Shown here: piece by piece, positions 55,586 to 64,000 of the stretch
How positions within the stretch are numbered: the first letter of the stretch is position 1
Layout of the letters: each line of letters opens with the position of its first letter
NCBI GenBank assembly: GCA_040753675.1
Contig: JBFMEB010000005.1
Coordinates: forward strand, 2,303 to 66,302
Length of the DNA: 64,000 nucleotides
Direction: 5' to 3'
Source of the DNA: Candidatus Omnitrophota bacterium
GTDB lineage: Bacteria > Omnitrophota > Gorgyraeia > JAHJTE01
The notes under the pieces: generated by a model
The model's database searches: none
The model's input: only the letters and a program-made list of their open reading frames with translations
What the model was told of the DNA's origin: nothing
Position numbers and translations under genes: made by a program

Positions 55586-56338
55586 ATGGAACCTGAAATC
55601 TCGGTAGTTATTTTATGTTATAAAAGTGGACGTCAAGTTTATGATTTTTTTGAAAGGACAATGCACTCTCTTAGAGAGGCGATTCCTTTATGGGAAATAA
55701 TTCTTGTTGGGAATTATTTCGAGAACACAGATGACGATACTCCTCGAATAGTAAATGAAATCGCATTAAAATTTGAGCAGGTAAGAGCCATTACGTTGCC
55801 TAAAGAAGGAATGATGGGATGGGATGCTCGTACCGGCTTAAATGCAGCAAGAGGTAAATATATTTGCCTTATCGATGGTGACGATCAGATGTCATGCGAA
55901 GACATAATAAGAGTGTATAAGAAGATTAAGGAAGAAAAATCGGATTTCGTTCAGACCTACCGGGCAAAGCGGCATGACGGATTTAGGAGAAAAATGATAT
56001 CTTTACTTTATAATAAGCTGTTTCAGATATTATTTCCCGGCACGGCCATAAAAGATGTTAATTCTAAGCCTAAGATTTTTACGAAAGTTGCATATGAAAA
56101 AATGCATCTTTTATCAAATGATTGGTTTCTTGATGCGGAAATTATTATACAAGCAAGAAAACTCAAGCTTAAAATGGCCGAGGTTCCTACCGTCTTCCGT
56201 AAATGTAAATATAGAAAATCTTTTGTAAAATCCAGCGCTATATTTGAGTTTTTAAGAAATCTTTTTTTGGCAAGGATAAGATATTTTTTTAAAGAAGATA
56301 ATGGCAAAGAACATCTTTATAACCGGTGCCACGGGTAG
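55586..56338 (+). CDS. Glycosyltransferase family 2
   Basis: ISVVILCYKSG, LIDGDDQ (DxD). 250 aa. Confidence 0.8.
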   Translation: MEPEISVVILCYKSGRQVYDFFERTMHSLREAIPLWEIILVGNYFENTDDDTPRIVNEIALKFEQVRAITLPKEGMMGWDARTGLNAARGKYICLIDGDDQMSCEDIIRVYKKIKEEKSDFVQTYRAKRHDGFRRKMISLLYNKLFQILFPGTAIKDVNSKPKIFTKVAYEKMHLLSNDWFLDAEIIIQARKLKLKMAEVPTVFRKCKYRKSFVKSSAIFEFLRNLFLARIRYFFKEDNGKEHLYNRCHG

Positions 56339-57191
56339 GATCGGCAGGCATTTGATAAAATCATTGCTTTCAGCAGGAAATTCCCTTTTTTTATTAGAGA
56401 AACCCGCAGACAATAGCGTTAAAAATAAGAGCATGCATTATATATTAGGCGATTTGTTAGATCCTGACAGTTATAAGCAGGTTTTTAAGGAAGGCATAGA
56501 TTGCCTGCTGCATATGGCCGCTGTAACTCATACAAATGATATAAATAAATATTATGCCGTTAACACCGATGCGACTCTACATTTAGTGCGACTTTGTGGG
56601 AATTTTGGGGTAAAAAGATTTATTTTTATAAGCACACGGGCCTTGGCTGAGAGCGCAGGGGATTATAGCAGATCAAAGATGCTGGCTGAAAGATTTATAA
56701 GAGAGAGTTCTTTAGATTGGATTATATTACGGCTCTCAGAGGTTTACGGTAGTTCTACGGATAAAGGCATTACTTTGATTTTAAACCATATCGGAAAACT
56801 CCCCTTTATACCTATTATCGGAAGAGGCGATTATTCCGTTGCCCCTGTTCACATATCAGATGTCATTTTTGCTATAACTAAAGTTATAGAGGATGATACC
56901 TTACGTAATAAGATTTATACTATAGCTGGTCCCCTAAGCTTTAAATATAATGATTTTATTGATAATGTGTTGGCGATAAGGAAGTTAAGAAAAAGAAAGC
57001 TATATATACCGGAATCTGTTGCTAAGATTTGTCTTGGGCTTAGCGCATTGCTGTTTAAGGATAAATTTTTTGTAAAAGATCAGCTTCCTCGGTTGCTTTG
57101 TGAAAAATCTTATGACATATCAGAGGCAGAAAAGGATTTTGGTTTCCATCCAATATCCATTGAAGAGGCGGTCCTAAAAAATGACAAGTAA
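56301..57191 (+). CDS. NAD(P)-dependent epimerase/dehydratase family protein (atypical SDR)
   Basis: IFITGATGRIGRHLIKSLL. 296 aa. Catalytic YSRSK. Confidence 0.75.
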   Translation: MAKNIFITGATGRIGRHLIKSLLSAGNSLFLLEKPADNSVKNKSMHYILGDLLDPDSYKQVFKEGIDCLLHMAAVTHTNDINKYYAVNTDATLHLVRLCGNFGVKRFIFISTRALAESAGDYSRSKMLAERFIRESSLDWIILRLSEVYGSSTDKGITLILNHIGKLPFIPIIGRGDYSVAPVHISDVIFAITKVIEDDTLRNKIYTIAGPLSFKYNDFIDNVLAIRKLRKRKLYIPESVAKICLGLSALLFKDKFFVKDQLPRLLCEKSYDISEAEKDFGFHPISIEEAVLKNDK

Positions 57192-57193
57192 AA

Positions 57194-58930
57194 ATGAAGA
57201 GAACATTTAATTATAATATAATAGTTTGTATTCTTTTTATTGGTTTCTTATTTGCCTTTCCGCGAATTTTCTTAGGAGAGGATTCTTATGTAACTATTCA
57301 TGATAATTTAGATATAGGTTCTATTTGGTTTATAAGGCATATTGAAAAAAGTAATATTTTTAATCCCCAGTCTTTGCTTGATAATACTATGAATGGTCTA
57401 CCGCGGCCGTTTCTAACCACCGGTTCTGCTGTGATGTTGGCCCTTTTTCTGTTATTCAAACCGTTTACCGCCTATGTAATAAATGAGCTATTGGTGCATT
57501 TGCTTGCATTCATCGGGATGTATTTATTGCTTAAGAGGCATGTTTTAAAATCGAAGGATGAGGATTTCATAGCCTTTGGTGTATCAGTTTGTTTTGCGGC
57601 ATTGCCATTTTATTCGCTTTTTGGCTTATCCGTTGCCGGCCAGCCGTTATTACTTTATGCATTTTTAAATTTAATAAATAATAAAAAGCACATTTTAGAT
57701 TTCATGATAATTTTTATTTTTCCTTTTTATGCGCCTTTATATTATGCCGGATTTGCTATTCTTATAGCGCTAGGAATTTTATTTATCTTCTATTACATAA
57801 GTGAGAGAAAGGCTAATAAACTATTCTTATCTGGGCTAATACTTTTCTCAATTAGCTATGTGTTTGTCGAATTCAATTTTATTAAAATGGCTATCTTCGA
57901 TAATAATTTGGCTATTCATAGGATGGATTGGAATCCTCTTTATTTAGCTAGAAACTATAAAGAGGCGATGAAGCTAGGATTCAAGAATTTTTTATTCGGA
58001 GATTATAATGCACCGAGTAAACATACTCCTATTATATTAGTCTCTTTTTTGAGTATCCTAACGGTATTTCTCGCTAACAGAAAAGCTCAATTAGGAAATA
58101 CTGCGAAATCAATCTTTATTTTATTGCTTATAGCTTTCAGTATATCGCTATTCCATGGTCTTTACCATTGGGAAGGATTAGTTCTCCTAAAGGAGAAAAT
58201 CGACCTTTTGAGGGTAACACAGTTTAATAGGTTCTTTTACCTAGAGACTATTCTATGGTACATTGTTTTTGCATTATCTCTTTTTTCATTATTGCATTTG
58301 GAACATGGAAAATCTTTTGTAAGAATTTTGATTATATCTCAGTTAATTTTTATTTTTACCAGCAAATTTGAATCGAAAAATGAATTGAGTATTAATTATA
58401 AGATCATTTTTGAAAGAGCCTTCGGTAAAGAGAAAAACAGGCTTACCTATGGGAAGTTTTTTTCAGAAACTTTATTTTCTGATATTGATGAGTACCTTGG
58501 CCTACCTAAGAAGACATACCGCCTGGTCAGTATTGGTATCCATCCGAGTATCCTTCAGTATAACGGTTTTTATACTCTGGACAGTTATCAGAATGTTTAT
58601 CCTCTGATATATAAACATCGTTTCAGAGAAATCATTGCAAAGGAGTTAGATAAGAGCACTCAATTGAAAGATTACTTCGATTATTGGGGTAATAGATGCT
58701 ATATATTTGTAGCCGAGCTTGAAGATGAAGGGTTTACAATCACGAAAGAGAGGAATATAAAAATCCATAATCTTGAATTAAATACCAACGCCTTAAAGAA
58801 ACTAGGTGGAAGGTTTATACTTTCAGCGGTACAGATTCTAAACGCCAAGGATAACAACTTGGCGCTATTAAAGATATTTGAACGCGATGATTCTCCTTGG
58901 CAGATTTATTTGTATAAAGTGGATAGTTAG
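57194..58930 (+). CDS. Large integral membrane protein of unknown function (about 10 TM N-domain plus about 180-aa soluble C-domain). Possible polymerase or GT-C-like.
   Basis: 578 aa, strongly hydrophobic for the first about 390 aa. No recognisable catalytic motif. Confidence 0.5.
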   Translation: MKRTFNYNIIVCILFIGFLFAFPRIFLGEDSYVTIHDNLDIGSIWFIRHIEKSNIFNPQSLLDNTMNGLPRPFLTTGSAVMLALFLLFKPFTAYVINELLVHLLAFIGMYLLLKRHVLKSKDEDFIAFGVSVCFAALPFYSLFGLSVAGQPLLLYAFLNLINNKKHILDFMIIFIFPFYAPLYYAGFAILIALGILFIFYYISERKANKLFLSGLILFSISYVFVEFNFIKMAIFDNNLAIHRMDWNPLYLARNYKEAMKLGFKNFLFGDYNAPSKHTPIILVSFLSILTVFLANRKAQLGNTAKSIFILLLIAFSISLFHGLYHWEGLVLLKEKIDLLRVTQFNRFFYLETILWYIVFALSLFSLLHLEHGKSFVRILIISQLIFIFTSKFESKNELSINYKIIFERAFGKEKNRLTYGKFFSETLFSDIDEYLGLPKKTYRLVSIGIHPSILQYNGFYTLDSYQNVYPLIYKHRFREIIAKELDKSTQLKDYFDYWGNRCYIFVAELEDEGFTITKERNIKIHNLELNTNALKKLGGRFILSAVQILNAKDNNLALLKIFERDDSPWQIYLYKVDS

Positions 58931-58948
58931 GTTGATATATAACTGTTA

Positions 58949-59908
58949 ATGGCGGAAAAGTTTCAAATGAAAGAATACTTACTTAAAATAATAGGTATAA
59001 TTATTTTAGTTTTTATTTTAAAGGATGTTGATATCCGTTTAGTGGCATTGAATATCAAAGATTGTAATCTATTTTTATTAATAGCGGCAGTTATTTTAGA
59101 GACGAGCTGTATTATACCGAAGGCAATAAAATGGCAGGTAATTTTAAAGGCATTAAAAATAAAAGCCAGTTTTTTTGATAGTTTGAGGGCCTATTGGTCG
59201 GGATTGTTTTTTGGTGCGATAACTCCGGGTAAAGTCGGAGATATATCAAGGGTATATTTTTTGAGTAAACATAACCCTTTTATCGTTAGGTCTATATTTT
59301 CTGTTGTGTTGGACAGACTATCTGATATTGTAGTTCTGCTATTAATAGGTTTGGCTGTTAGTTTTTTCTACTTGAATGAGATAAAGTTTTTAAATTTCGC
59401 TATTCTTTTGACTTTAGCTGGCCTTTGCTTATCTGCCACATTGATGTTTCTCAAAAGAGATTTTTTTTATAGTCTATTTATGAAATTGTTATATAAGTTT
59501 ATACCTAAAGAAAGATTATGGCTAAAAGTAAATCCTAATTATGAAATTTTAAAAGATATAAAACCCATAAATTATATTTTAGTTTTTATGTATCTATTGC
59601 TAGCGTGGGCAATATATTTTTTAGCCTACTGGGTTCTAAGCAAGGCTTTATTTATAGAAATGCCTTTCTTATATTTGGTAGGAACAGTTACAGTAGCTAC
59701 TATAGTATCTTTGATTCCTATATCTATCAGTGGCTTGGGGACGCGAGACGCAGCAGTTGTATTTATGTTATCCAAGATAGGGATATCTAAAACTTCTGCC
59801 CTTTCTTTCTCATTGATGATGTTTGCTATAGGAATGTTTATTGTAAGCTTCGGATTTATATTTTATTTCCAAGGGCAGGGCAGGAGGGCCTTAAGAGTAG
59901 ATGGATAA
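58949..59908 (+). CDS. Flippase-like domain protein (lysylphosphatidylglycerol-synthase TM-region / UPF0104 family)
   Basis: 319 aa with about 8 TM helices. GAITPGKVGDISRVYF motif typical of this family, which is often paired with GT2 polyprenyl-phosphate sugar synthases. Confidence 0.6.
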   Translation: MAEKFQMKEYLLKIIGIIILVFILKDVDIRLVALNIKDCNLFLLIAAVILETSCIIPKAIKWQVILKALKIKASFFDSLRAYWSGLFFGAITPGKVGDISRVYFLSKHNPFIVRSIFSVVLDRLSDIVVLLLIGLAVSFFYLNEIKFLNFAILLTLAGLCLSATLMFLKRDFFYSLFMKLLYKFIPKERLWLKVNPNYEILKDIKPINYILVFMYLLLAWAIYFLAYWVLSKALFIEMPFLYLVGTVTVATIVSLIPISISGLGTRDAAVVFMLSKIGISKTSALSFSLMMFAIGMFIVSFGFIFYFQGQGRRALRVDG

Positions 59909-60983
59909 AACGAATATTAGCAACGACGTATTGGAAAATTTATCTTGGTGGACTTTATTAGACCCGGATTTGATTCGTGAGGATTTGATTAAGAGCCAAT
60001 GGATAAAGCGTATAGACGGTTTGCTCGACACGAGGGTTATATCTCCATTTGAGGCAGTATGCAGGAGGATTCTACATAAAATTCTTTTGTACTCTTCTGA
60101 TACGAATAGGTATCGGATTACGGATTCGATTAAAAAGTTGCGTCAGTTAGTGAGAAAGGAACTGATAGAGATTCCCCATTGTACTTTTGTAGAGATTTAT
60201 TCATACCTGGTTAAAAAATTTAATGCTACACCTTTAACTTGGAATGGGCATAAAGCCTGTGTTTGCTTAACTCATGATGTGGATTCCAAGGAAGGGTATA
60301 GATTTATAGAAAATATTTTAGATTTGGAGAAACGTTTTAAAGCTAGAAGTACATATAATTTCCTTACTAATTGGGGATACAGAATAGATTCACATTTAGT
60401 TAAAAAAATTTTGGAGGCTAAGTTTGAAGTAGGATTACACGGATGGACACATGATATCGCTTTGGGATGCCGAGATAAAAAAAGAATAAAGAGGGAACTT
60501 GGTCTAGCAATGAAAGAATTAGGAGTGCGAGTTTCTGGTTTTCGCGCTCCTGCTTTTGCTATAAGTAAAGCCTTACTTGAAGTATTAGTAGAGCTAGGAA
60601 TAAAGTACGATAGTTCAATGAAAACTCTCAGTTGCTATGGCCAGGCAGTAGAATCGCCTTATCCTTATAGATATCCAGGGGTAGATATCTGGGAAATCCC
60701 TTTAACTATACAGGATGACAGGATATTCAGGGATTTACATCTGAGCTGCGAGGAAGGCCTGGGTGTAATAAAAGAATTGGTCGAAAGGATTATTAAGGTT
60801 GGGGGCGTTGTCGTGATTAATACACATCCCAGACTGATCAAGTCAAGATATATATTTTACGAAGATTTCCTTGCCTGGTTATCTGAACAACCGGATATTT
60901 TGGTATGTCCAACAATAGAAGTCATAGATATATGTGAGCAGAGAAGAGAGGAATTTAATAGATGTCTTTCGATAAAAAAGTAA
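59901..60983 (+). CDS. Polysaccharide deacetylase-like (CE4/NodB-like) protein
   Basis: CVCLTHDVDSKEGY (DxD/H region) and GLHGWTHD (His motif). 360 aa. Confidence 0.62.
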   Translation: MDKTNISNDVLENLSWWTLLDPDLIREDLIKSQWIKRIDGLLDTRVISPFEAVCRRILHKILLYSSDTNRYRITDSIKKLRQLVRKELIEIPHCTFVEIYSYLVKKFNATPLTWNGHKACVCLTHDVDSKEGYRFIENILDLEKRFKARSTYNFLTNWGYRIDSHLVKKILEAKFEVGLHGWTHDIALGCRDKKRIKRELGLAMKELGVRVSGFRAPAFAISKALLEVLVELGIKYDSSMKTLSCYGQAVESPYPYRYPGVDIWEIPLTIQDDRIFRDLHLSCEEGLGVIKELVERIIKVGGVVVINTHPRLIKSRYIFYEDFLAWLSEQPDILVCPTIEVIDICEQRREEFNRCLSIKK

Positions 60984-61927
60984 TATTGGTAACTGGCGGT
61001 GCAGGATTCATAGGGAGTAATTTAGTTGAGGTAATTTTAAAGGATAAAGTCAAGAAGCTCATTGTTCTCGATAATTTTGTAGCCGGAAAAAAAGAAAATA
61101 TAGAGAACTTTCAGAATGATAGGCGTTTTGAATTAATTGCTGGAGATATAAGAGACTATGGCCTTGTTAAAAAATTAGTCCAAAAAAGCGACCTGATTTT
61201 TAATCTGGCTGCCTCAAAGTTGGTAGTCTCTTTGGAGCATCCAAGAGTCGATTTAGAGACTAATATCTTAGGTACATTTAATATATTAGAGGCAGCAAGG
61301 AAAAACCCTGTGGTTAGAATAGTACATGCTTCAACTGGCTCGGTGCTTGGTAGTTCGCATAGCCCTATGGCTGAGGAGCATTGCCCTAACCCTACTACCT
61401 TATATGGAATTTCTAAGTTGGCGGCAGAAAAATATTGCTTATTTTATGTTAAGGAATTCGGCGTTAAGGTCTCTGTGGTTCGTTATTTCCATGTTTTCGG
61501 CCCGAGGCAAGATTATACTGGAAGTTCGGGTGTAGTGAATATATTCCTGTCTCGCGTATTGACAGGTAAATCTCCAGTTATTTTTGGTACAGGAGAACAA
61601 ATTAGATGCTTGACTTATGTCGAGGATGATATAGAGGCTACGCTAATGCTGGCAAATTCAGATGGGGCTATCGGTGAAATTTATAATGTCGCTTCTTTAA
61701 CTCGAATTTCAGTAAAACAACTGGCAGAAATAATTATCAGTAAATTCGGCCCTAAAGGAATGAAACCTGAATATGGAGCTTCCCGTCAAGGAGAAAATCT
61801 AAGGCCAATCCCAGATACGACCAAGATTGAACGCTTGGGTTTTAAAGCCAAGGTTGAGTTTGAAGAGGGCTTAGAGAAAACAAAAGCGTGGATTCAAGGA
61901 GATTTAAATAAAAGAAATGTCATTTGA
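60962..61927 (+). CDS. NAD-dependent epimerase/dehydratase (extended SDR; UDP-glucuronate decarboxylase / dTDP-glucose 4,6-dehydratase-like)
   Basis: VILVTGGAGFIGSNLVE, YGISKLAAE (YxxxK). 321 aa. Confidence 0.85.
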   Translation: MSFDKKVILVTGGAGFIGSNLVEVILKDKVKKLIVLDNFVAGKKENIENFQNDRRFELIAGDIRDYGLVKKLVQKSDLIFNLAASKLVVSLEHPRVDLETNILGTFNILEAARKNPVVRIVHASTGSVLGSSHSPMAEEHCPNPTTLYGISKLAAEKYCLFYVKEFGVKVSVVRYFHVFGPRQDYTGSSGVVNIFLSRVLTGKSPVIFGTGEQIRCLTYVEDDIEATLMLANSDGAIGEIYNVASLTRISVKQLAEIIISKFGPKGMKPEYGASRQGENLRPIPDTTKIERLGFKAKVEFEEGLEKTKAWIQGDLNKRNVI

Positions 61928-62648
61928 AAATCCCCAATCTAAAATTCTAGTTTTGATTCCTGTTTTTAACGAAGACGGCAAGATCCTAAAAGTCGTGAAA
62001 AAGATTCCTAGAGACTCAGTTGATCAGATAGTAGTCATAAATGACGGTTCGACCGATTCTACTCCATTTGACGCTATAGGAGAAGGAGTTAAGGTTCTCA
62101 ACCATGATATCCGAAGAGGCATAGGGGCTGCTATTAGGACGGGGATAGAGTACGCTATTGCCAATAACTACGATATAATCGTCATATTAGCAGGAAATGA
62201 TAAAGACGACCCTACTCAGATCAATAGGTTGGTCGAACCTATAGTTAAAGATAACTTTGATTACGTCCAGGGTTCAAGGTATATAAAAGGTGGCATTAGT
62301 GGAAAAATGCCATTACATAGGCTGATATTTACAAAGGGCTATTCTTTCTTAATCCGTCTTTGTACAAATTGCATAATAACAGACGGCACAAATGGTTTTC
62401 GCGCTTACCGCAGGGTCATATTTGATGATAAGAGGATAAATATCTGGCAGGATTGGCTTAGTCAGTCCTTAGAATATTATCTTTCGATCAAGGTATTGAA
62501 GCTTGGTTATAAAATCAAAGAAGTGCCTGTTACTAAGATATATCCTACAGGTGTATCTTACAAAGCATACACTAAAGTAAAGCCTTTTTATGGTTGGATA
62601 GAAAGGCTTAAGCCTATTATTTATTTAACGTTAGGAATAAAAAAATGA
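61917..62648 (+). CDS. GT2 polyprenyl-phosphate sugar synthase (DPM1/ArnC-like)
   Basis: ILVLIPVFNE, NDGSTDST, LAGNDKDDP. 243 aa. Confidence 0.8.
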   Translation: MSFENPQSKILVLIPVFNEDGKILKVVKKIPRDSVDQIVVINDGSTDSTPFDAIGEGVKVLNHDIRRGIGAAIRTGIEYAIANNYDIIVILAGNDKDDPTQINRLVEPIVKDNFDYVQGSRYIKGGISGKMPLHRLIFTKGYSFLIRLCTNCIITDGTNGFRAYRRVIFDDKRINIWQDWLSQSLEYYLSIKVLKLGYKIKEVPVTKIYPTGVSYKAYTKVKPFYGWIERLKPIIYLTLGIKK

Positions 62649-63769
62649 TTAAAATTATAAGTGTAGTCGGAGCAAGGCCTCAGTTTATCAAGGCGGCGAT
62701 GATTGCGCAGGCTATTAGGGCCTTTAACCAAGACGCTGATTCTAGGCAAAGATTCTATCATTTATTGGTGCATACCGGTCAGCATTATGATTCCAGAATG
62801 TCAAAAATATTTTTCGACCAATTAGATATCCCACGTCAAGCTTACAATCTAAAGATAGGTTCATGCGGGCACGCTGTCCAGACAGGGAAGATGCTCATAC
62901 GACTTGAAAAAGTCTTGCTAAAAGAAAGGCCAAGATTACTGCTGACTTACGGTGATACGAATTCCGCATTAGCTGGTGCCTTGACGGCAGTAAAGTTGTC
63001 TATCCCTATAGCACATGTAGAGGCCGGCTTGCGTAGTTTTAATCGTTCTATGCCAGAGGAAGTTAACAGAATCCTGATTGACCACATATCACATTTATGC
63101 TTTTGCCCTACGCAGAGTGCAGTAAAAAACTTGAAAATCGAAGGAATAGTAGAAGGGGTTTACCATACTGGAGACGTAATGATAGATGCATTAAAATACT
63201 ATGCCAAAATCGCAATCAAAAAATCAACCATCTTGGATAAATTAAACATTAATGCACGAAAATATTACCTCGCGACAATACATCGTCCTGCTAATACAGA
63301 CAATAAAGGTAATTTAAGAGATATAATTAATGCCTTTTGTTCTTTGGACTTGCCGGTAATTTTTCCTGTGCATCCAAGGACGAAGAGGAAACTTTTTAAC
63401 ATAGGATTTCCTTTGAACAAATCTAATATTGTAATAATTGAACCAGTAAGTTATTTTGATATGCTTACTTTAGAAAAATACGCTAAGACTGTTTTTACAG
63501 ATTCCGGGGGAGTTCAAAAGGAGGCATATTTCTTCGAGGTCCCATGCATTACTCTGAGGACAGAGACGGAGTGGATTGAGACAGTAACTGAGGGATGGAA
63601 TGTTATCGCAGGTGCAGATAAAACAAAGATAATTCGAAGTGCGCTTACTTTTTCATCGCCTTTTAGAGGAAAAAACATATTTGGGCGAGGTAGGGCAGCA
63701 GAGAAAATAACTAGAATTATAAGTAGATTTTTAAGCCAACACAGAGATTCAATATGTTGCGAAAGTTAA
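62645..63769 (+). CDS. wecB: UDP-N-acetylglucosamine 2-epimerase (WecB/MnaA family; a hydrolysing NeuC-type cannot be excluded)
   Basis: MIKIISVVGARPQFIKAAM, HTGQHYD, GDTNSAL, HVEAGLRS. Canonical. Confidence 0.85.
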   Translation: MIKIISVVGARPQFIKAAMIAQAIRAFNQDADSRQRFYHLLVHTGQHYDSRMSKIFFDQLDIPRQAYNLKIGSCGHAVQTGKMLIRLEKVLLKERPRLLLTYGDTNSALAGALTAVKLSIPIAHVEAGLRSFNRSMPEEVNRILIDHISHLCFCPTQSAVKNLKIEGIVEGVYHTGDVMIDALKYYAKIAIKKSTILDKLNINARKYYLATIHRPANTDNKGNLRDIINAFCSLDLPVIFPVHPRTKRKLFNIGFPLNKSNIVIIEPVSYFDMLTLEKYAKTVFTDSGGVQKEAYFFEVPCITLRTETEWIETVTEGWNVIAGADKTKIIRSALTFSSPFRGKNIFGRGRAAEKITRIISRFLSQHRDSICCES

Positions 63770-64000
63770 ATAAACAAGGCTATATATTAATCCTGATTTT
63801 AATGCTAAATCTATTCCTAAATGTATATGGCATTAATTGGGGGCTTCCTAATAGGTGGAATGTTGATGAACAAGTAGCAACCTCTTTGCGTATGCTGCAT
63901 GAAAAAAGCATAGTTACTTCTGATGATTTTGGTCACCCAACTTTTTATTATTTTTTCTTAATATTGGTGTTATCACTTTTTATAATTTTTCTTAAGTTCA
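63754..64000 (+). CDS. 3'-truncated membrane protein, probably a GT-C (ArnT/PMT-like) glycosyltransferase
   Basis: The ATG at 63754 overlaps the wecB stop. MLRKLNKQGYILILILMLNLFLNVYGINWGLPNRWNVDEQVATS has a hydrophobic helix and then a DE-containing loop like the gene at 48622. The ORF runs off the window, so it is absent from the ORF track. Confidence 0.5.
   Translation, partial: MLRKLNKQGYILILILMLNLFLNVYGINWGLPNRWNVDEQVATSLRMLHEKSIVTSDDFGHPTFYYFFLILVLSLFIIFLKF

Noticed and set aside
1-64000. Searched for CRISPR arrays, rRNA/tRNA genes, IS elements, integrases and phage genes
   Set aside because: No spacer-repeat periodicity, no tRNA-like T-arm/acceptor signatures in the few intergenic gaps, and no transposase, integrase or phage-like ORFs among the predicted proteins. 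Island mobility cannot be inferred from this window.

Overview
The window is an AT-rich bacterial chromosomal segment in which every gene I can support lies on the + strand.

Bases 1-7043 are conserved housekeeping genes: a 5'-truncated rho, rpmE, prfA, prmC, murA, and a partial trp operon (trpG-trpD-trpC) preceded by a structured leader.

From about 7056 to the window end (at least 57 kb, running off the edge) there is one very large surface-glycan biosynthesis island. Its core is a complete pseudaminic-acid-type nonulosonic acid pathway: pseB, pseC, a pseF fusion, pseG, pseI and pseH. Interleaved with and following the core are:
- a WbpB/WbpE/WbpD-like UDP-2,3-diacetamido-sugar triad, plus manC
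- four Gfo/Idh/MocA oxidoreductases
- two acyl-carrier-protein-centred acylation modules (an acyl-AMP ligase and ACP with an AAC(3)-like/DUF4910 fusion, and a MaoC-SDR-FkbH-ACP set)
- an out-of-context aroQ plus a ketopantoate-reductase-like gene
- many glycosyltransferases (GT2, GT4 and GT-C/ArnT-like), flippase-like and Wzx proteins, and polysaccharide deacetylases
- seven radical-SAM enzymes. Six are B12-binding class-B paralogs: three in tandem, two bracketing a pair of GT4 genes, and one interrupted by a frameshift in a T8 homopolymer.

I found no rRNA, tRNA, CRISPR array or mobile-element genes.

The most novel-looking content is the radical-SAM-rich, acyl-carrier-equipped elaboration of a nonulosonic acid locus. 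This probably specifies a heavily C-methylated and/or unusually N-acylated pseudaminic-acid-like sugar. All functional assignments come from motifs and remembered family architecture, without database searches.
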